A stretch of DNA of 64,000 bases from an uncultured virus (IMG/VR IMGVR_UViG_3300044655_001909) (taxonomy: Duplodnaviria; Heunggongvirae; Uroviricota; Caudoviricetes). The translations under genes and the position numbers were made by a program. Location of the stretch: IMG/VR virus record IMGVR_UViG_3300044655_001909; one strand, written 5' to 3'. The notes under the pieces are model-generated. The model was not told the origin of the DNA. It ran no database searches and saw only the letters and a list, made by a program, of their open reading frames with translations. Positions 1 to 9,826 of this stretch are shown here, in pieces (positions within the stretch are counted from its first letter, which is position 1; the number at the start of each line of letters is the position of its first letter).

Positions 1-1539
1 TTGGCAGAATCTTATGTGAACTATATATCTATCTCTAAACAAGATAGAACTAAACTATCCTATCTATCTCAAGATAGAATTGATGCTCTTGACCCTCAAG
101 AGTATTGGACTTCCACACGTAGATATATTGCAAAACCAGGTGCTTTTATCGCCAAAGTTTTTAATAATATTTCTGCTAAAGAAGTAGAGAAGTTTTCTAA
201 CCTTTTAAGATCTCAATCAGTGAAAGCTCCTTTCCGTTTTGAAGTTGTTAAAGGTGATGCAATCAAAGACTTTTATTACTACGAAAGTTATCACTCTAAT
301 GAGAGAGGTTCTTTAGGAGTTTCTTGCATGAAACACGAACATTGTCAAAAGTTCTTTGATTTATATACCGAGAATGAAGAAAACGTTTCTATGTTGGCTA
401 TGTTCAACGATAAAAATCGTTTGATCGGTCGTGCTCTTTTATGGGACTTTGAGTCTCACAAGATTATGGATAGAATCTATACATATAATGATGAAGAGTT
501 ATCATTCTACTTTAAACAATGGGCAACTGAAAAAGATTACTTCTATAAATCAGAACAAAACTGGTTCAATACTATGTTCTTTGAACAAATCGGTTCTGGT
601 AAAAAAGAGTTTAAACTTGAATTGAAGTTACCAAACATTAAACAACATTACTATCCATACATGGATACCTTCAAGTTCATTGATCTTGATAAAGGTATTT
701 TGTATAACTATATCCCAGAAGATACTTCTAGTTTAAAAACTTTAACATCTTCTGATGGTGGCAAACACCCATCTGATTACTTGGTATTCGACGAAGTTGA
801 CTTTGTAATGAGATACAGAAATGATGCCGCTTATATTACCTATCTTAACATTTGGACTGGTAGACAGAATGCAGTTTACTCTAACTATAATGATAAGTGG
901 ATACTTAAACAAGATTCTCGTTATGAAGAATTGCTTGATGATTATATTTTCAATGAAGCTCATAATGACAAGAATACTGAAAAGCTTCTTAAACTTATCG
1001 ATCAACGTAGAAAAGAAGAAGAAGCTAGACAAGAAGCTTATAAAAAATTAAAAGATAAAAAAGGTACTAAAGAGCTAATTGAAGAACTTGACGGAGTTGC
1101 AGCAACTTTGCGTGGTTGGGGAGATTTAACCTCGGTATATGGTGGTGGAGGTATACCAAATGGTGCAGAACTGCGTGATATGCTTAGACGTACTAGACCA
1201 CAAAGAACAAGACAAAATGAAGAAGAAGTTGCTAGACCTACAAGACTTGAGGAAGTTCCTACGGAAGGTCGTGTAGAAAGAGAAGTAGAAAGAGAAGTAC
1301 CTCGTGGTAATCGTGTTGCAATGAACTACTGGCAACCATTTGGTGGAACTACAGGAACTACAGAAAGTTTAGAAGGTCGTAATGTCGAACAGACACCAGA
1401 AGTTCCTATGGAACAATTTGTTCAGGAAGAAGCACCTGCAATTGAAGAAAGACCAACTCTTCGTAATAACTATTTTACAGATTGGTATAATGATTATGAT
1501 AATTATGTAACAGAAGATACAAGTGAAGACCCATTTTAA
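1..1539 (+). CDS. Conserved-looking phage protein (SCM / GRALLW / MDRIY motifs) with low-complexity acidic C-terminus; probably 5'-truncated by the window
   Basis: Long ORF open from base 1; motifs GSLGVSCM, LIGRALLW, MDRIY, YPYMDTF; function unknown. Confidence 0.6.
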   Translation: MAESYVNYISISKQDRTKLSYLSQDRIDALDPQEYWTSTRRYIAKPGAFIAKVFNNISAKEVEKFSNLLRSQSVKAPFRFEVVKGDAIKDFYYYESYHSNERGSLGVSCMKHEHCQKFFDLYTENEENVSMLAMFNDKNRLIGRALLWDFESHKIMDRIYTYNDEELSFYFKQWATEKDYFYKSEQNWFNTMFFEQIGSGKKEFKLELKLPNIKQHYYPYMDTFKFIDLDKGILYNYIPEDTSSLKTLTSSDGGKHPSDYLVFDEVDFVMRYRNDAAYITYLNIWTGRQNAVYSNYNDKWILKQDSRYEELLDDYIFNEAHNDKNTEKLLKLIDQRRKEEEARQEAYKKLKDKKGTKELIEELDGVAATLRGWGDLTSVYGGGGIPNGAELRDMLRRTRPQRTRQNEEEVARPTRLEEVPTEGRVEREVEREVPRGNRVAMNYWQPFGGTTGTTESLEGRNVEQTPEVPMEQFVQEEAPAIEERPTLRNNYFTDWYNDYDNYVTEDTSEDPF

Positions 1540-1550
1540 TGGGTCTTTTT
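1526..1550. terminator. Intrinsic terminator between convergent genes
   Basis: AAGACCCATT-TT-AATGGGTCTT hairpin followed by a T run. Confidence 0.7.
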
Positions 1551-2405
1551 TTATATAATATAATCTAAAATGTCTAAGTCTAAAGTTCTGTTGATAACAT
1601 CAATAGGAGTTTTATATTCCTCATAACAACTATCCTTTAATAAAATAAGTGTTGCTCTTACAATTGGTAGATTTTCATACTTAGTACCTTTTAACATTTT
1701 TTGAAATAACTTACCGTATAAAGATAATTGAACATAATAATGGCCTAACGCAGTATTAGGTAAGTCTTGATAAGGTTCATTCATTCTAACGGTCCATTTT
1801 GTTTCGACAAAGTTCTTCGGCTTGTTAGTCTTCCAATCTGTTACTACAATACCTAATTGAGTTTTCTCTTTATTAGCCACTAACCAAATCTTATCAGCTT
1901 GTCCAGTATATCCTAAATCAGGATCGCCCATTACAACCTCTGTGTCAATAAGAACTGCACCATTCTTAATCATCTTTTCATAGAACTCCACACCATAATT
2001 AATCATATGGTCTGACGTGATAATTTGTTCAAAATCACAATCAAACTCTGGTTCTCTTACTTCTTTATCTAATTCAAATCGTTCAATGATTTTCTTTTCT
2101 AAGAAATAGTGAACTCGACTACCGGTATTGTTGGCATAATCCGCCATTTGAGACCATTCTTTAATAAGTTTCTTTTGTAGAACTACATCACCTTTTGCTT
2201 TTTTAAGTGATGCTTCCTGAGTAGGAAATGGTGGGTAAAAACTTTTAAGTACTTTTGAAACAGATGGCCAATTACTTTTGGATTGACCTTGTTCATTGTT
2301 CATAAAGTATTTATGATTATCTTCTATAAAGTATAGATTTAGTTCTTTTCTTCTTTCTTCTAATAAAACTCTTATTTCATTAGCGATTTGGTATAAGTCT
2401 ATCAT
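1551..2405 (-). CDS. PD-(D/E)XK exonuclease (RecB/Cas4-like phage exonuclease)
   Basis: PSVSKVL, GSRVH, E..G.AD, DWKT and QLSLY motifs. Confidence 0.85.
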   Translation of the reverse strand: MIDLYQIANEIRVLLEERRKELNLYFIEDNHKYFMNNEQGQSKSNWPSVSKVLKSFYPPFPTQEASLKKAKGDVVLQKKLIKEWSQMADYANNTGSRVHYFLEKKIIERFELDKEVREPEFDCDFEQIITSDHMINYGVEFYEKMIKNGAVLIDTEVVMGDPDLGYTGQADKIWLVANKEKTQLGIVVTDWKTNKPKNFVETKWTVRMNEPYQDLPNTALGHYYVQLSLYGKLFQKMLKGTKYENLPIVRATLILLKDSCYEEYKTPIDVINRTLDLDILDYII

Positions 2406-2410
2406 TTTAT

Positions 2411-2437
2411 TTATATTGATTTTGAAATGAAAAGTTT
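2411..2437 (-). promoter_or_regulatory. Putative phage promoter AAAC-N18-TATAA
   Basis: Minus strand AAACTTTTCATTTCAAAATCAATATAA, 5 nt before the exonuclease start; same spacing recurs at other starts. Confidence 0.5.
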
Positions 2438-2450
2438 TATATATACTTAT

Positions 2451-3149
2451 ATGAAAAAGTATTTAGAGTTTATAAAGGAATCAAGTTATCTTAATGCAAT
2501 CAGTACAGAAACATTAGAAACTAAGTTAGAAGATCTTCAATTACAAATGACAGAACTTCAAGAAGAAATGGCTTCGATAAGAAGTATTCTTGAATATAGA
2601 AAAACTAATAGTGTTACAGAGTTTGCAAAAACTTTACCTGAAAGTATATTTGATTTTAATCAAGAACAATTAGATTTTATATTTGAACATCATGAAGGTG
2701 TAAATCAAAAACAATACGATTTGGCTAGAGAATTTTATCAAGAATTATTAGGTGTACATGATTATGGATATAATAGAGTTACAAATCAAACTACATTTGC
2801 AATAACAACATCACACTCATTTGATGATGATGATGAAGATTCCGCAGAAGGTTATCATGAAAATGAACAACAAGTTAATACTATAAAGTTTTTAGGAGAA
2901 AATCTTAAAAAAGTAGATACTAATAGTAGAGAACGTGGAGAGTATTTTGGTGTAGGTGATGCAGTTAAATTTTATGTGAGTTATTACTTTAGTACGGTAG
3001 ATTTAGACTTTGTACTTTATGTAAGTGAAACAGAATTATATATTACAAACTTATACGGTAGAAAAGTTAGATACAATAGTATTTCTAAAATGTTAGAAGA
3101 ACTTGTTGATGAGGATTTAAGTCATAAAGATAATGGATGGGAAAGATAA
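2451..3149 (+). CDS. Hypothetical protein with N-terminal capsid-targeting-like leader (MKKYLEFIKES)
   Basis: Likely start 2451, just after TTATATATAC; N-terminal coiled coil. Confidence 0.7.
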   Translation: MKKYLEFIKESSYLNAISTETLETKLEDLQLQMTELQEEMASIRSILEYRKTNSVTEFAKTLPESIFDFNQEQLDFIFEHHEGVNQKQYDLAREFYQELLGVHDYGYNRVTNQTTFAITTSHSFDDDDEDSAEGYHENEQQVNTIKFLGENLKKVDTNSRERGEYFGVGDAVKFYVSYYFSTVDLDFVLYVSETELYITNLYGRKVRYNSISKMLEELVDEDLSHKDNGWER

Positions 3150-3150
3150 T

Positions 3151-3178
3151 AAAAAAGAGAGCTTAGCTCTCTTTTTTT
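3151..3178. terminator. Bidirectional terminator, AGAGAGC/GCTCTCT family
   Basis: A-run AGAGAGC TTA GCTCTCT T-run between convergent genes. Confidence 0.8.
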
Positions 3179-3608
3179 ATAGGTGTAATCCTTTTTCTCT
3201 AATTATTTCTAAAACTTGTTCAGTTACATCGTGTTCATCTTTTAAGAAAACTACTTCTGTACTTCCAATAACCATATCAACTTCATTTTTCTCAGACCAT
3301 TCTTCAATAAATTGAGCTAACTCAGTATAAATATTTTTAGAAAGTTCATCATTCATCTTTCTCATTGTTGCTTTAAACTCTTCATCAACACCCATTGCAT
3401 ACTCTTGTAATTCATTAAATCTTGCTTGAGTTGCATCATCTAACTGTTCACCACCTTGTGATCTATTTATAATAGATTCTAATTCTTTTTTAAATGGCTC
3501 TAATTTTGCAATGAAATCCTTTTTAACATCAGTTATGTTAGTAATACCGTCTTGGTAGTTTTTATAATGTCTTGATAAGGTTTCAAAGTTTACTACTTTA
3601 ATTATCAT
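3177..3608 (-). CDS. OmpH/Skp-like chaperone lacking a signal peptide
   Basis: IKVVNFETL start strand, long coiled coil, EEWSEKNEVDMVI..EVVF....DVTEQVL C-terminus typical of Skp. Confidence 0.7.
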   Translation of the reverse strand: MIIKVVNFETLSRHYKNYQDGITNITDVKKDFIAKLEPFKKELESIINRSQGGEQLDDATQARFNELQEYAMGVDEEFKATMRKMNDELSKNIYTELAQFIEEWSEKNEVDMVIGSTEVVFLKDEHDVTEQVLEIIREKGLHL

Positions 3609-3634
3609 AATATATATTTTTATTGGTTATATAT

Positions 3635-4891
3635 TTATGATAACAATAAGTTTACTGCTATTACATATCTGTTATAAAGATTATTGTCTTCAGATAATTT
3701 TAAATCATCTTGGTCTATTATTACAGATTGTGTTGCACCAAATTTTTTAACTTCTAGAAAAGTTTTTCTAGTTTTAGTAATTCTAGCATACTCTCTATTC
3801 TTTATTAAATACTTATATTCGTCTGTATAAATACCTTCTTCAATGATTTGACCTAAATAATTATCCTTTGATAATTCTAATTCATAGTTAAGTATTCTAT
3901 ATTCTCCTGTTTTATTACCAAGTGAATCATATCTTGCCCTTTCATAGGTTGTAACTAAAAACTGTGTCGAGTGATCAGTTGTCATTTCAGTTCTATAAGA
4001 AGTAAATGGTAAAAATCCACCAGATTGAGTAACACCTATTAAACTTTGTAGATTATTTATATTCGAAGGTGCCTTATACAAAGTATCAATAGTTGCTATA
4101 CCTATTGAAAACCCAGTACCAGATGCAGTACCTAATTTATAACTCTGAGTACCTGTTTGTACTCCAAATCTAGTTGTAGTATCTGGAATTAAAACACCTC
4201 TTTGTTTTAATGTCACAGAACTAACCGTACCACCTGTTCCAACAACAATTTCTGCAGTAGGATATTCCCACTCTTTACCAGTAGGTGCTGACCAATAAGT
4301 ACCACCATTGTATTGTAATCTAACATTTGAGTATGTACCTGGTGTATAACCAGTACCTGGTGAGAATGTTGCAGATAGTGTTCTTATTTCTTTTGAACTA
4401 TTATCCCAAATAGCTTTTTTTATATCTAATTTATAAATACGATCATTCAAAATATTCATATTTATATAACTTTGTGTTGCTGTATTTACGTGATTAAATG
4501 AAATACCTTTAGAAAGATTAGTAGTCGAATATGTTGAAGATAATGGATTAGATAAAACTACAGTGAGTAGGTTTGTATCAGAACTATAAATATCAAAACC
4601 AGTTTGATAAACTAGTTTCTTATCATATAGTTTTTTTATTCTTTTATTCATACTACTATCTGTTTTGAATAGAACTTCTTTCCAAACACCCTTTTTAAAT
4701 GATTCATAGTTTTTTATATCATCAACTTTTGCAGAGTAATGAATATATAAACATTGTAGTAAATTATCATAATCACCAGTAGTAGATAAATCGTTGAAAT
4801 AATTACTAAACTCAAGGTAATTATCTTTACCTTTAAGTGCAATTTTATCTAATCTTGAACGAATACTTTCAATTCTTCTTGTATTTGTCAT
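3635..4891 (-). CDS. Putative virion structural protein
   Basis: Contains a GTGYTPGTYSNV..VGTGGTVSSVTL module also present in fibre 23524..28185. Confidence 0.55.
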   Translation of the reverse strand: MTNTRRIESIRSRLDKIALKGKDNYLEFSNYFNDLSTTGDYDNLLQCLYIHYSAKVDDIKNYESFKKGVWKEVLFKTDSSMNKRIKKLYDKKLVYQTGFDIYSSDTNLLTVVLSNPLSSTYSTTNLSKGISFNHVNTATQSYINMNILNDRIYKLDIKKAIWDNSSKEIRTLSATFSPGTGYTPGTYSNVRLQYNGGTYWSAPTGKEWEYPTAEIVVGTGGTVSSVTLKQRGVLIPDTTTRFGVQTGTQSYKLGTASGTGFSIGIATIDTLYKAPSNINNLQSLIGVTQSGGFLPFTSYRTEMTTDHSTQFLVTTYERARYDSLGNKTGEYRILNYELELSKDNYLGQIIEEGIYTDEYKYLIKNREYARITKTRKTFLEVKKFGATQSVIIDQDDLKLSEDNNLYNRYVIAVNLLLS

Positions 4892-5991
4892 TATGCTCCA
4901 CCTCCTATGGCTTTTTCGATTTCTTCAATTTTTTCCTTATTCGCAACAGGATCCATATATAATTTAGAAATATCATCTATCTTTTGAATTGCATCCACAT
5001 TTTTAGTTTTTAATTCTTTTAAAGTATTCGTTAGATCTTCCTGACCTTCAACAGTCGTAGCTTCTATTTTCATTAAAATATCTGATGTTAGTTTAGTGAA
5101 GTCAGCTCCTTCAAAGTTAACTTTTTCACCTTCTATTTTAGAAATCTTCTTAGTTCCAATTTCTTCTTTGGTCTCTAAATCATTTATTTTTCCTTCGTTT
5201 GGTTTTTTCTTATCATCATCAGTTAAGGCATCCCAATTAGCTTGGTTAAACTTTTCTCTTTTATAAATAACCATATCACCTATTTTATAATCACCACTCA
5301 CTTCAACACCTTTAGTTTTCAAATAAGCATTAACTTCATCCTCAGTTACTTCAGTTGCATACTTTTCTAATCTAGGAACTAATGTTTTGTTAACCCAATT
5401 AATTGTAGCATCTTTCTTTTTCTTATCATCAGTTGCAGCCTTTAATATCTTCTTAAAGTCAGGTAAGTGAGTTGCATCATCTAATCCTAATGTTTTCTTT
5501 TTAGGATCTAATTTAGCAGGTTCTCCTACTTTTAAATCAGGCCCACCTGCAAACTTATAATCTTTTATTGCTCTATCTCTAATTCTTTCCATATAATATT
5601 GAATTACATTAAGAGGACCAGTATTATTTCCAAATGCTTTAATTATTTGATCATAGAATGATTGCATACCTTGTTTACCTAATGCACCAGTTTCAGGATC
5701 TAATATACTATCTATAAGTGTTAAACAATCTTGATCATTTGCAGTTGGTTTTTTATTAAACTCTTCCATTACTGACTTCAATACATAAGTATCATCCGCA
5801 GGATTAAATGGGTTTTTCTCAATCCATTGATCTAATTGCTGTAATGATGGATTATCTCCTAATTTTTTTAACTCAGCGGTTGCTTTAGCCCACATATTTT
5901 TAAAAAAGTTAATTACTGCACCTAATAATTCTTCATTTACTGGTTGTAATTTCTTAGTTTTAAATGATTCGAAAGTATTTACATATTTCAT
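4891..5991 (-). CDS. Hypothetical protein with leader MKYVNTFESF (putative internal head protein)
   Basis: Likely start 5991, after AATATATAC on the minus strand. Confidence 0.7.
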   Translation of the reverse strand: MKYVNTFESFKTKKLQPVNEELLGAVINFFKNMWAKATAELKKLGDNPSLQQLDQWIEKNPFNPADDTYVLKSVMEEFNKKPTANDQDCLTLIDSILDPETGALGKQGMQSFYDQIIKAFGNNTGPLNVIQYYMERIRDRAIKDYKFAGGPDLKVGEPAKLDPKKKTLGLDDATHLPDFKKILKAATDDKKKKDATINWVNKTLVPRLEKYATEVTEDEVNAYLKTKGVEVSGDYKIGDMVIYKREKFNQANWDALTDDDKKKPNEGKINDLETKEEIGTKKISKIEGEKVNFEGADFTKLTSDILMKIEATTVEGQEDLTNTLKELKTKNVDAIQKIDDISKLYMDPVANKEKIEEIEKAIGGGA

Positions 5992-6035
5992 GTTGATAAC
6001 ATATTTTTTAGTATATATTAATTTCCTAATTTGTA

Positions 6036-6061
6036 AAACCATTTTTTAAAAATCGATATAA
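6036..6061 (+). promoter_or_regulatory. Putative phage promoter AAAC-N17-TATAA
   Basis: AAACCATTTTTTAAAAATCGATATAA, 20 nt before ATG 6082. Confidence 0.5.
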
Positions 6062-6081
6062 ATAATAAAATATATTTTTAA

Positions 6082-6552
6082 ATGGAACAAATAAATTCAC
6101 TAAATCAAGTAGCAGACTTTCACAGAACTTTTAACGCACCAATTCTTAATGAACCACAAATACCATCTTCTCAAAGATGTGAACTTCGTGTATCTTTATT
6201 ACAAGAAGAATTGAATGAATTAAAAGAAGCAATTGAGAATAATGATCTAGTAGAAATCGCAGATGCTTTAGCTGATTTACAATATGTTTTGAGTGGTGCC
6301 GTATTAGAGTTTGGACTAGGAGATAAGTTTGTTGAACTATTCAATGAAGTACAAAGAAGTAATATGTCTAAGGCTTGTAATAATGAATTAGAAGCACAAG
6401 CTACATTAGAACACTATAAACAAAAAGATGGTACTGAAGGTTACTATAAAGAAAATAATGGTAAATGGTTAGTTTACAGAAAAGAAGATGATAAAGTTTT
6501 AAAATCTGTGAATTATTCACCAGCAGATTTAAAAACAATTATCAATGAATAG
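6082..6552 (+). CDS. All-alpha NTP pyrophosphohydrolase (MazG-like / PRA-PH family)
   Basis: LLQEELNE, EIADALADLQYV, EVQRSNMSK, KVLKS motifs. Confidence 0.85.
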   Translation: MEQINSLNQVADFHRTFNAPILNEPQIPSSQRCELRVSLLQEELNELKEAIENNDLVEIADALADLQYVLSGAVLEFGLGDKFVELFNEVQRSNMSKACNNELEAQATLEHYKQKDGTEGYYKENNGKWLVYRKEDDKVLKSVNYSPADLKTIINE

Positions 6553-6886
6553 TTATTTTGTAAAAAAACTAAAAGATAAAGTAAACGCTAGACGAAAGAT
6601 AAATGGTTTAGAACTTTATACAACAGAACAAGTTAAAAAATTTCTTAAATATAAAGAAATAGGTAAGTATGAAATTGTTTGGGATAGAAACAATAACATT
6701 CTAGACCTTAATCAAATGCCTAATGATTGGAAGGTAACTCAAGAGAATGGTAGATATAGAATAGTAGGTAAAAACTCATTTAATAATGATTTTACTTTAA
6801 ATCTTTCTTCTTCTGAATATATTGAGTTTTCTTTACAAGAATTAAGAGAAATTAAATTAAATCAAATTTTACCAAAGTCAGAATAA
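6545..6886 (+). CDS. Hypothetical protein with C-terminal LREIKLNQIL motif
   Basis: Overlap-coupled ORF; shared C-terminal motif. Confidence 0.65.
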   Translation: MNSYFVKKLKDKVNARRKINGLELYTTEQVKKFLKYKEIGKYEIVWDRNNNILDLNQMPNDWKVTQENGRYRIVGKNSFNNDFTLNLSSSEYIEFSLQELREIKLNQILPKSE

Positions 6887-6892
6887 TTTTTG

Positions 6893-6900
6893 TATATTTG
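6893..6900 (+). promoter_or_regulatory. Bacteroidota-type -7 promoter element (TAnnTTTG)
   Basis: TATATTTG 4 nt before ATG 6905. Confidence 0.55.
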
Positions 6901-6904
6901 TGCT

Positions 6905-7225
6905 ATGTTAGAGAAGGAAAGAAAAAAGAGAAAACATAAAAAAGAGATGAAATCTCTTAGAAATAAAATGTCAAATCATTTAGTTTGGTTTGAATCACTA
7001 TCTCCGAAGAAACAATACGATATATTATTTCTTTGGAAACAAGAGAAACGATTTAACAATCTAACCGAACCAACAATAACTAAAACTAGTTGGGGAGATA
7101 TGACTAAATATCCACCTAATTTTAAACACTTTATAAATAAATTAAAGACACAACATAGATTTAAAGTGAATAAACAAACTTTAAGACAGAATGCAATAGA
7201 TTTAATTCTAAATAAAAATAATTAG
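6905..7225 (+). CDS. Hypothetical basic protein with C-terminal LRQNAIDLIL motif
   Basis: ORF; likely ATG at 6905. Confidence 0.6.
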   Translation: MLEKERKKRKHKKEMKSLRNKMSNHLVWFESLSPKKQYDILFLWKQEKRFNNLTEPTITKTSWGDMTKYPPNFKHFINKLKTQHRFKVNKQTLRQNAIDLILNKNN

Positions 7226-7229
7226 TATT

Positions 7230-8189
7230 ATGAAGATTTTCAGTGGAACATCAAACCCAGACCTTGCAGATAGTATCTGTGCAATTTTAAACAAAAAAAC
7301 ATTAGACAACTCTTTCACCAGAGGTCGATTAAAAATTGATAAATTTTCTGATGGTGAAATACTTCCATTGTTTGAAGAATCAGTTAGAGGAGAAGACATT
7401 CTCTTTGTACAATCAACTACATCATCCGATAACATTATGGAAACTTTATTAGTTATCGATGCAGCTAAACGTGCTGATTGTAAATCATTTACACTTATCT
7501 CACCTTTCCAAGGTTACTCACGACAAGACAAAACAGATCACTTACGTTCTTCTATTGGTTCTAAAATGTTAGCTGACATCTTAGAAACCGTTGGTATGTC
7601 TAGAATAATCACCGTGGACTTACACGCTTCTTCTATTCAAGGATTTTATGATGTACCAATCATTCACTTGAACGGTAATAAAATATTTATCGAACACATT
7701 AGAAAAAATCAAATAGAAGATTTAACTATCATTGCTCCTGACCAAGGTGCAGTGAAAAGAGCATCAGACTTCTGTAAAGCTTTCCCAGATTCTACATTTG
7801 CAATGATTAACAAGAAACGTGTTAAACCAAATGAAATTCATTCAATGGAATTAGTTGGTGACGTTGAAGGTAGAAATGTTGTTATTGTTGATGATATGGC
7901 AGATACATTAGGAACACTTAAAAAAGCTTCTGAACTTATTATGGCAAAAGGTGCAAAATCAGTAAGAGCTATTGCAACTCACGGTATTCTAAGTGGAGCT
8001 GCAATGGAGAACTTATACACATCACAACTAACAGAGTTAATGGTTTCAGATAGTATACCATCCGTTTTACAAAAAGAAAAAGATCAAGTAGGAGATAAAT
8101 TAAAAGTTATCTCTTGTGATAACATAATCGCGAGAACCATTTGGGGTCTAACAACTAAAAAGAGTATTCACGAAATAAATATGATATAA
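7230..8189 (+). CDS. prs: Ribose-phosphate pyrophosphokinase
   Basis: FSDGE, YSRQDK, DLHASSIQGFYD, APDQG, VIVDDMADTLGT, ATHG motifs; full length 319 aa. Confidence 0.95.
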   Translation: MKIFSGTSNPDLADSICAILNKKTLDNSFTRGRLKIDKFSDGEILPLFEESVRGEDILFVQSTTSSDNIMETLLVIDAAKRADCKSFTLISPFQGYSRQDKTDHLRSSIGSKMLADILETVGMSRIITVDLHASSIQGFYDVPIIHLNGNKIFIEHIRKNQIEDLTIIAPDQGAVKRASDFCKAFPDSTFAMINKKRVKPNEIHSMELVGDVEGRNVVIVDDMADTLGTLKKASELIMAKGAKSVRAIATHGILSGAAMENLYTSQLTELMVSDSIPSVLQKEKDQVGDKLKVISCDNIIARTIWGLTTKKSIHEINMI

Positions 8190-8770
8190 TGACAATGACA
8201 TTAAAGGCCTACGTAAGAGACATCAATTTGAATATGTTAACCGGTGGTTATGATGTTCAATATGATACCTCTAAAAGTAGAAGTAAATATCAATTTTTAA
8301 AACTTAACTGGAAACTGATTAAGTATGTCACCAATCTTGGTGGTGTACTAACAGGTTCTCGTGCTTTGAAGTGTTGTAGTATTAATGGTAAAGAAATGAT
8401 GGATAGAAGACCTAACGACTTTGACTTTTTAATAACCAAAGAAATGGCATTTCAAATATGTGATCATTTTAAATTCAAATATAATCTAACGGATCGTATT
8501 ATTTCAATTAAGAAACAAAGATGGACTTCCTATGATACATATAGTGATGATGTTACTAGATATGGTGCAGTTGATGTTCATTTAATTATTGTTGATGAAC
8601 TACCTGAGTTTATTGAACAAAATGGTATTAGAATTACACCATTCACTTATGTTATCAATGAGAAGTTGAAAATGATTGAGGATAATTCTACAAATAGAAA
8701 CGAGAAACAAAAACATGCAGACGACTTATCTGCTTTAACAATGAGATTTAACTTACTTATGCACATATAA
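8189..8770 (+). CDS. Minimal nucleotidyltransferase-fold protein
   Basis: VLTGSRAL ... RPNDFDF (GS...DxD) and C-terminal K..DD. Confidence 0.65.
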   Translation: MTMTLKAYVRDINLNMLTGGYDVQYDTSKSRSKYQFLKLNWKLIKYVTNLGGVLTGSRALKCCSINGKEMMDRRPNDFDFLITKEMAFQICDHFKFKYNLTDRIISIKKQRWTSYDTYSDDVTRYGAVDVHLIIVDELPEFIEQNGIRITPFTYVINEKLKMIEDNSTNRNEKQKHADDLSALTMRFNLLMHI

Positions 8771-9798
8771 TGAATAAATTTTTAGATGATTTTATAAAAG
8801 ACTTATCAATTAAAGATAAGAAAACACTTTCACAGAAAGGATTAAAACTTGCAGAAGAAGTAGGTGAATTAGCTCGTGCTATTCTACCATATGATTCTGC
8901 ACCAGGAACAAACCATAGATTTTCAGATAGAGAAAGAATACTTGAAGAAGTAGTGGATGTTTATTTATCAAACATTTCTATTGCACATTCATTGGGTTTC
9001 ACCGAGGAAGAGTTTAATGAAATGTTGAACAAGAAAACTGATAAGTGGGCTAAACTTCAATTAAAAGAAGAATCAGCAACATTTCCACTTCCATTTGAAA
9101 TTCATATTACGGTTAAAGCAGATATGTTATTCAACAAAAGTAAGTTAGACTTTAGTTGGACTTTTACCAATGATGAATTTATTGATGATTGTAAAGAAAT
9201 TGGTGTTAAACCAATTGTATTAGATTTAGAAATGAAAGAAGGAACCTTAAAAGATGTAATGACTAGTTCAAAGCACTTTGGAGATAATAGGAGTGCTTAT
9301 GAAGAAGCAAATCGTATTGCTAATGAACTAACATCACTTGGTTATAAAGTTGTCAGAAAGAAGATAGAAACAGTTCCTTGGCACCCTGCAGCACCAACTT
9401 TCAATACAGGAGAACCTATTCCAAATGGTTGTTACTTTGAAAGTCATATAGGAGTTGTTATTTCACCAGAAGAAAAACCTTATTTAGAAGGTTTCGTTGA
9501 AGAGTTAAATACAGGTTTCTTTTCACCGAGTAGAAGATTTAGTAGACCATCACAAATAGAATTAGGTGGTACTTGTAAATTATCACAAAATTTCTTTAAG
9601 AAGTCTAAGGATGGTAGTAAGTTTGTGAATATACTTACTTATAGAGATAATATGACTTGTAAAGAAGATTTTGAACGTGATGTTGAATTGATTAAGTTTT
9701 TACTTAATGAAGATAAATTTGGATTTGAAAAGGTTGAAGTCGAATATGCACTTTATGACACAAATGTAAACCACGATGCTAAATGGATTTTAGGATAA
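8770..9798 (+). CDS. MazG-like pyrophosphohydrolase fused to an uncharacterised domain
   Basis: N-terminal KLAEEVGEL..EEVVDV; C-terminal FEIHITV, RKKIE, YFESHI domain. Confidence 0.75.
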   Translation: MNKFLDDFIKDLSIKDKKTLSQKGLKLAEEVGELARAILPYDSAPGTNHRFSDRERILEEVVDVYLSNISIAHSLGFTEEEFNEMLNKKTDKWAKLQLKEESATFPLPFEIHITVKADMLFNKSKLDFSWTFTNDEFIDDCKEIGVKPIVLDLEMKEGTLKDVMTSSKHFGDNRSAYEEANRIANELTSLGYKVVRKKIETVPWHPAAPTFNTGEPIPNGCYFESHIGVVISPEEKPYLEGFVEELNTGFFSPSRRFSRPSQIELGGTCKLSQNFFKKSKDGSKFVNILTYRDNMTCKEDFERDVELIKFLLNEDKFGFEKVEVEYALYDTNVNHDAKWILG

Positions 9799-9825
9799 AA
9801 AAAGAGAGCCATTGCTCTCTTTTTT
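9797..9825. terminator. Bidirectional terminator, AGAGAGC/GCTCTCT family
   Basis: A-run AGAGAGC CATT GCTCTCT T-run. Confidence 0.8.
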
Positions 9826-9826
9826 A

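Noticed and set aside
1551..2405. Cas4 / CRISPR adaptation gene
   Set aside because: No four-cysteine Fe-S pattern and no CRISPR context; an ordinary phage PD-(D/E)XK exonuclease
7230..8189. Complete NARP1 NAD+ reconstitution system
   Set aside because: No NAMPT-like partner in the window, and the protein looks like canonical Prs
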